Positions 60,462 to 64,000 of a stretch of DNA of 64,000 nucleotides are shown one piece after another; within the stretch, counting starts at the first letter, position 1; every line of letters begins with the position of its first letter. The stretch is from Myxococcota bacterium. GTDB taxonomy: Bacteria > Myxococcota_A > UBA796 > GCA-2862545. Made by a program: the position numbers and the translations under genes. The notes under the pieces were generated by a model. The model was not told where the DNA came from. It worked only from the letters and a program-made list of their open reading frames with translations, and ran no database searches. The stretch spans positions 32,001 to 96,000 of the forward strand of contig JBCCQY010000005.1 in NCBI GenBank assembly GCA_039208735.1. The letters are read 5' to 3'.

Positions 60462-60941
60462 ATGGGCTTCCACGATTTCACAATGAACTCGATCACCGGT
60501 GAACCGGTCGATTTTCGCCAATTCGCCGGGAAGTTCAGCCTGGTGGTCAACGTCGCCAGTTTTTGAGGCTTCACTCCGCAGTACGCAGGTCTGCGTACCC
60601 TTCACGATGAAGTTGACGACATCCAGGTGCTTGGCTTTCCGTGCAACCAGTTCGGGGGGCAAGAGCCGGGCAGCAACGAAGAAATCCTCGCCTTTGCGAC
60701 CGAGAAGTACGGCGTGACGTTCCCGATGTTCGCCAAAATCGAGGTCAATGGGCCTGGGGCAGCGCCGCTCTACGGTTGGCTGAAGGAACAACAGCCAGGG
60801 ACCGGTGACGCTCCCGACATTCCCTGGAACTTTGCAAAGTTCCTCGTGAACCCTGAGGGGCAGGCGGTCGCCCGTTGGGAGCCGTCCACCACGCCTGAAC
60901 AAATCCGCGCCGAACTCGATCGGTACCGCAGCGGCGCTTAG
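60462..60941 (+). CDS. gpx: Selenocysteine-containing glutathione peroxidase (Sec35 at TGA 60564-60566)
   Basis: LVVNVASF-U-GFTPQY, LGFPCNQFG.QEPG, WNF.KFLV; AGGAGG SD. Confidence 0.93.
60581..60598 (+). promoter_or_regulatory. SECIS hairpin of GPx
   Basis: GTACGCAG-GT-CTGCGTAC perfect inverted repeat 14 nt after TGA; GCAGGUCUGC core as in the E. coli fdhF SECIS. Confidence 0.82.
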
Positions 60942-61228
60942 TCGTCCTTTCCGCCGCCGCGCAAGCCAAGCACCCGGATGAGGATGAGCAGGACGATGGC
61001 CCCGCCGATCGACCCGACGAGGTTCGCGGGTTCAAAGGCCATGGGGTCGCTGCTCTGGTTGACGAGCAGGTTCCAAGCGAACCCGCCGCCGAAGGAGCCC
61101 GCGATGCCGAGCAGGATGGTGCCGATGAGCCCCATGGGGTCGCGGCCGGGGACGAGGAAGCGGGCGATCAGCCCCGCGAGTAGCCCAAATCCACTGTAGC
61201 TAAGAATCGTCCACACCATGTTGTCCAT
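60938..61228 (-). CDS. GlsB/YeaQ/YmgE family membrane protein
   Basis: GL.AG.IAR...PG..MG...TI.LGI.GS..GG and S..GA..LL. Confidence 0.88.
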   Translation of the reverse strand: MDNMVWTILSYSGFGLLAGLIARFLVPGRDPMGLIGTILLGIAGSFGGGFAWNLLVNQSSDPMAFEPANLVGSIGGAIVLLILIRVLGLRGGGKDD

Positions 61229-61290
61229 CCTTACGGCAAGCATCTGGACGTGAGGACTACCGGATGTGGCAGGCTCCGACAACCGGATGG

Positions 61291-62490
61291 TTACTCGGGT
61301 GTCGCCGGGGCGGCCGGGTAGCCGTCAACTTTCTCATCGTGGCACGACTGGCACGGAGCGGTCGAGTGCGCCCCCGTGAGCGGGAAGCTCACCGTGCCGT
61401 GGTCGAACGACGAGGGGGCGAAGCCCTGGGGACGGTGGCAGGGTTCGCAAGCGCCAAAGTCGCCGTGCGCCTCGTCGCCGGCCGCGGCGTGGCATCCGGC
61501 GCAGTCCTTCGGCACCCCACGAAAGCGGTTCTGGTGGCACTGGTCGCAACTCACGGCAAGGTGCTTCCCGCTCAAGGCAAACGCCGCCTTGGAGTGGTCG
61601 AACCGGCCTTCGCTCCAAGACAGTGCAGTGTGGCACTGGCTGCATTCGCCGAGCGGTTCATGCGGCCGCTCCGCCTCGTGACACCCCGAACACAGCTCTG
61701 GCGTATCCGTGAAGCGGAACTTCTCGTGGCACGCGAGGCAGGGGACCGTCTGATGCTTCCCGGGAAAGGAACATCCACAGGGGCCATGGTCGAAGGAGGC
61801 GGGTTTGAAGCCACTCACCTGGTGGCACTGGCTGCACTCGCTCGTGGTTCCACCGTGGGCCCGGTCGTGGCAGTCCGAACACACCGTGTTGGGGTCGAGG
61901 TGTTCGCCGTGCAGGTGGCAGTCGACGCAGGCCAGGCCTGAATGACCACCGGTGGTCTCGATGAAGTGAGCTTCGAGCGTCTTGATCTGGATCCGCCAGC
62001 CCGCGTCGACATGACAGGCTTCGCACTCGGGTCCAAACTCGCTTTGGTGCACATCGTCATGGCACTCCGCACAGCTACCCCCAAGTTCGTCGAGGGGACC
62101 GTCGTGGCAGGCTTCGCACTTGAGCCGGCGGTGTCGTCCGCCAAGTGTGAACCCGGTTTCGGCGTGGTCAAAGGCGGCGAGCACCTCGGGCTTGGTCGCA
62201 GGACCCTTGGCCCCTCCGTGGTCGGGATGGCAGGCCACGCATGCTTCCGCGATGACGCTTGCGTGGTAGCCCTCGCCCTGACGTTCGCGCTCGGCAACTC
62301 CGGTGTGACAGGCCAGACAGCGATCGTCGGGCACGCCGTCGAACACCGCGTGGCACTTGTCGCATTGACCGGCAATGTCCTCATGGGCGGAGAGCACATG
62401 GCCTGGCGAGAGCATCGCTCGCCAGTCGGCTCCCAAGAGAACGAAGGCAGCGACGATGAGCCACGTCGCCCTCATGCGTGTTGCGAACAT
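61291..62490 (-). CDS. Exported multiheme cytochrome c with 16 CxxCH motifs
   Basis: Signal peptide; 16 CxxCH counted; FDH...F.L.G.H repeats; TGATG coupling to the upstream gene. Confidence 0.9.
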   Translation of the reverse strand: MFATRMRATWLIVAAFVLLGADWRAMLSPGHVLSAHEDIAGQCDKCHAVFDGVPDDRCLACHTGVAERERQGEGYHASVIAEACVACHPDHGGAKGPATKPEVLAAFDHAETGFTLGGRHRRLKCEACHDGPLDELGGSCAECHDDVHQSEFGPECEACHVDAGWRIQIKTLEAHFIETTGGHSGLACVDCHLHGEHLDPNTVCSDCHDRAHGGTTSECSQCHQVSGFKPASFDHGPCGCSFPGKHQTVPCLACHEKFRFTDTPELCSGCHEAERPHEPLGECSQCHTALSWSEGRFDHSKAAFALSGKHLAVSCDQCHQNRFRGVPKDCAGCHAAAGDEAHGDFGACEPCHRPQGFAPSSFDHGTVSFPLTGAHSTAPCQSCHDEKVDGYPAAPATPE

Positions 62491-63299
62491 CACCAAAGCT
62501 CCGACCAGGGGTTGAACAAGATGCCCAGCACGACGTGCACCAGCGTGATCACGTAGAAGGCAGCGGCCATGGGCCGATGCACCTGAATCCAGGTGCTGAA
62601 GATGCGTCGCGCCGTTTGCAGGACGGCACGCTGGCGTACGAGCACAATGCGTCGAGCCGCGAGCCGCTCCATCTCCGGGTCCACCGAAAGCAATTGGAGT
62701 TCGCGCAAGGCGCGCCCACGGGCAAATCCAGCCGCGACCATGCCCATGAAGCCTTGGCGGGCCGGCGGGCGCTGCCAAAGGGCGGTGACCTCGTCTGGCA
62801 TCGCATGGGGAAGCCCTGCGATCTCGGCCTCGAGTTCGCGTTCCGAGAGGTGCTGGCCCGCCAGCGTTTTGGGCACCTGCGCAAAGAGGTAGCGGCCAAA
62901 CACGCCGGAAGCGAAGACCACGGTGAGCGCGTAGAGGTTGAGCATGCCGGGGTTGACGAGAATAGGGGTTCCGTGACGCCAAAACAGCGGCAAGCAGTGC
63001 AGGTACGAAAGAAAGATGCCTTCGAGGCCCAAGAAGATGTGCAGGTGGAGCCACCACGACAGCCGCATCCAACGCCGAAGGGTCGCGTTGCGGCGCGCCA
63101 CCGAGTACACGTGCATCGCCAACATGCAGACCAGCCCGATGGTGCCGACCAGCCCATTGAGGATCGACCCGGCTGATGGGCGGACCACGAGATAGGTCGG
63201 CACGAGAACCGCGATCTGGGCCGCGATGAAGGCGAGGTACGCGGCGGCAATCATCCGGCCCGCGTCGCGCCGCCCTAGTCGTTTCGAGGAGTCAGCCAT
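62490..63299 (-). CDS. Integral membrane protein with conserved His (putative heme b/quinol-interacting partner)
   Basis: YS..RR, W...HIF.G, SG..GRY, W...H.P, H.. motifs within TM helices. Confidence 0.75.
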   Translation of the reverse strand: MADSSKRLGRRDAGRMIAAAYLAFIAAQIAVLVPTYLVVRPSAGSILNGLVGTIGLVCMLAMHVYSVARRNATLRRWMRLSWWLHLHIFLGLEGIFLSYLHCLPLFWRHGTPILVNPGMLNLYALTVVFASGVFGRYLFAQVPKTLAGQHLSERELEAEIAGLPHAMPDEVTALWQRPPARQGFMGMVAAGFARGRALRELQLLSVDPEMERLAARRIVLVRQRAVLQTARRIFSTWIQVHRPMAAAFYVITLVHVVLGILFNPWSELW

Positions 63300-64000
63300 G
63301 GTCGTTTCCGTCCTCGGTGGTGTGTTGGTCGTGGGGTTGTTGGCCGTCGTGGTCGCAACGGTGGTCGCGGGTCGGCAGACCCAGCGGCAGATCACGAAGG
63401 CGCGGGCGGATCAGTCCGATGCCAAGGCCAAAGGAGCGCTTCCGCCCAGTCTTCATCCCAAGATCGACCCCGACCGCTGCATCGGGTCCGGGTCGTGCGT
63501 CACCGTCTGCCCCGAAACCGACGTCCTCGCGGTCCTGGACGGACGGGCGGAAGTCGTGAATCCGACCTCCTGCATCGGGCATGGGGAGTGCCTGCGAGCA
63601 TGCCCCGTTGACGCCATTGCCCTGGTGTTGGGCAACGAACGGCGCGGTGTCGATATTCCCATGGTCGCGGCTGACTTCCAGACCAACGTCCCTGGGCTGT
63701 ACGTGGTGGGGGAGCTGGGCGGCATGGGGCTCGTCCACAACGCGATGACCCAGGCCCTCCAGTGTGTTGAAGGGCTGCGGCGACAGGTTCCTGCGGCCCA
63801 AGCGGGGGTTCACCAACTGATCATCGTCGGGGCCGGGCCTGCAGGCTTGGCCGCGGGTCTGGCCGCCAAAGAGGCAGGGCTCGACTTCGTGGTCCTCGAA
63901 CAACATTCGCTCGGGGGCAGTGTGCTGCACTACCCGAGGCACAAGATCGTGATGACCCGCCCCGTCAAGCTCCCACTCTACGGGTCGCTCCAGCTCGGCG
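63298..64000 (+). CDS. Membrane-anchored 2x[4Fe-4S] ferredoxin fused to an FAD/NAD(P) thioredoxin-reductase-like domain (partial, runs off the window)
   Basis: Read manually: MVVSVLGG TM, CIGSGSCVTVCPE, CIGHGECLRACPV, TNVPGLYVVGELGG, IIVGAGPAG; GAGGAG SD. Confidence 0.85.
   Translation, partial: MVVSVLGGVLVVGLLAVVVATVVAGRQTQRQITKARADQSDAKAKGALPPSLHPKIDPDRCIGSGSCVTVCPETDVLAVLDGRAEVVNPTSCIGHGECLRACPVDAIALVLGNERRGVDIPMVAADFQTNVPGLYVVGELGGMGLVHNAMTQALQCVEGLRRQVPAAQAGVHQLIIVGAGPAGLAAGLAAKEAGLDFVVLEQHSLGGSVLHYPRHKIVMTRPVKLPLYGSLQLG

Noticed and set aside
53594..60566. Nonsense mutations (pseudogenes) or TGA=Trp/Gly recoding as the explanation of in-frame TGAs
   Set aside because: The TGAs fall exactly at catalytic Cys positions with downstream hairpins, while many neighbouring genes end normally at TGA
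1..64000. tRNA (including tRNA-Sec), rRNA, integrase or transposase
   Set aside because: No recognisable cloverleaf, rRNA signature or recombinase motif by eye; tRNAscan-SE/Infernal would be needed to exclude them

Overview
GC-rich bacterial chromosomal window, most likely from a Myxococcota (myxobacterial-type) genome: it has a MYXO-CTERM-like sorting tail, TIGR02996-type LRR proteins, a eukaryotic-like Ser/Thr kinase and many secreted lipoproteins with Asp-rich repeats. It holds about 50 CDS and I saw no rRNA, tRNA, CRISPR array or transposase. The supplied ORF track misses several signals. (1) A 24-codon sORF with seven consecutive Cys codons (16805-16879, minus strand) lies upstream of an ATP-grasp ligase, followed by five alternately pairing RNA segments that can expose or hide the ligase RBS; this is a candidate cysteine-responsive translational attenuator. 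(2) Three genes are split by an in-frame TGA at a catalytic Cys position, each followed by a SECIS-like hairpin: a formate dehydrogenase alpha subunit, a glutathione peroxidase and an uncharacterised lipoprotein with a W-U-G-T-C (UxxC) redox motif. (3) A candidate conflict/defence neighbourhood contains a TrkA-N/RyR protein, a degenerate TIR-EAD-RelE-UvrD fusion and a small multi-TM protein. (4) A 16-heme cytochrome c module ends in two divergent genes whose start codons overlap on one CATG palindrome. All family calls are from motif recognition; no database search was run.
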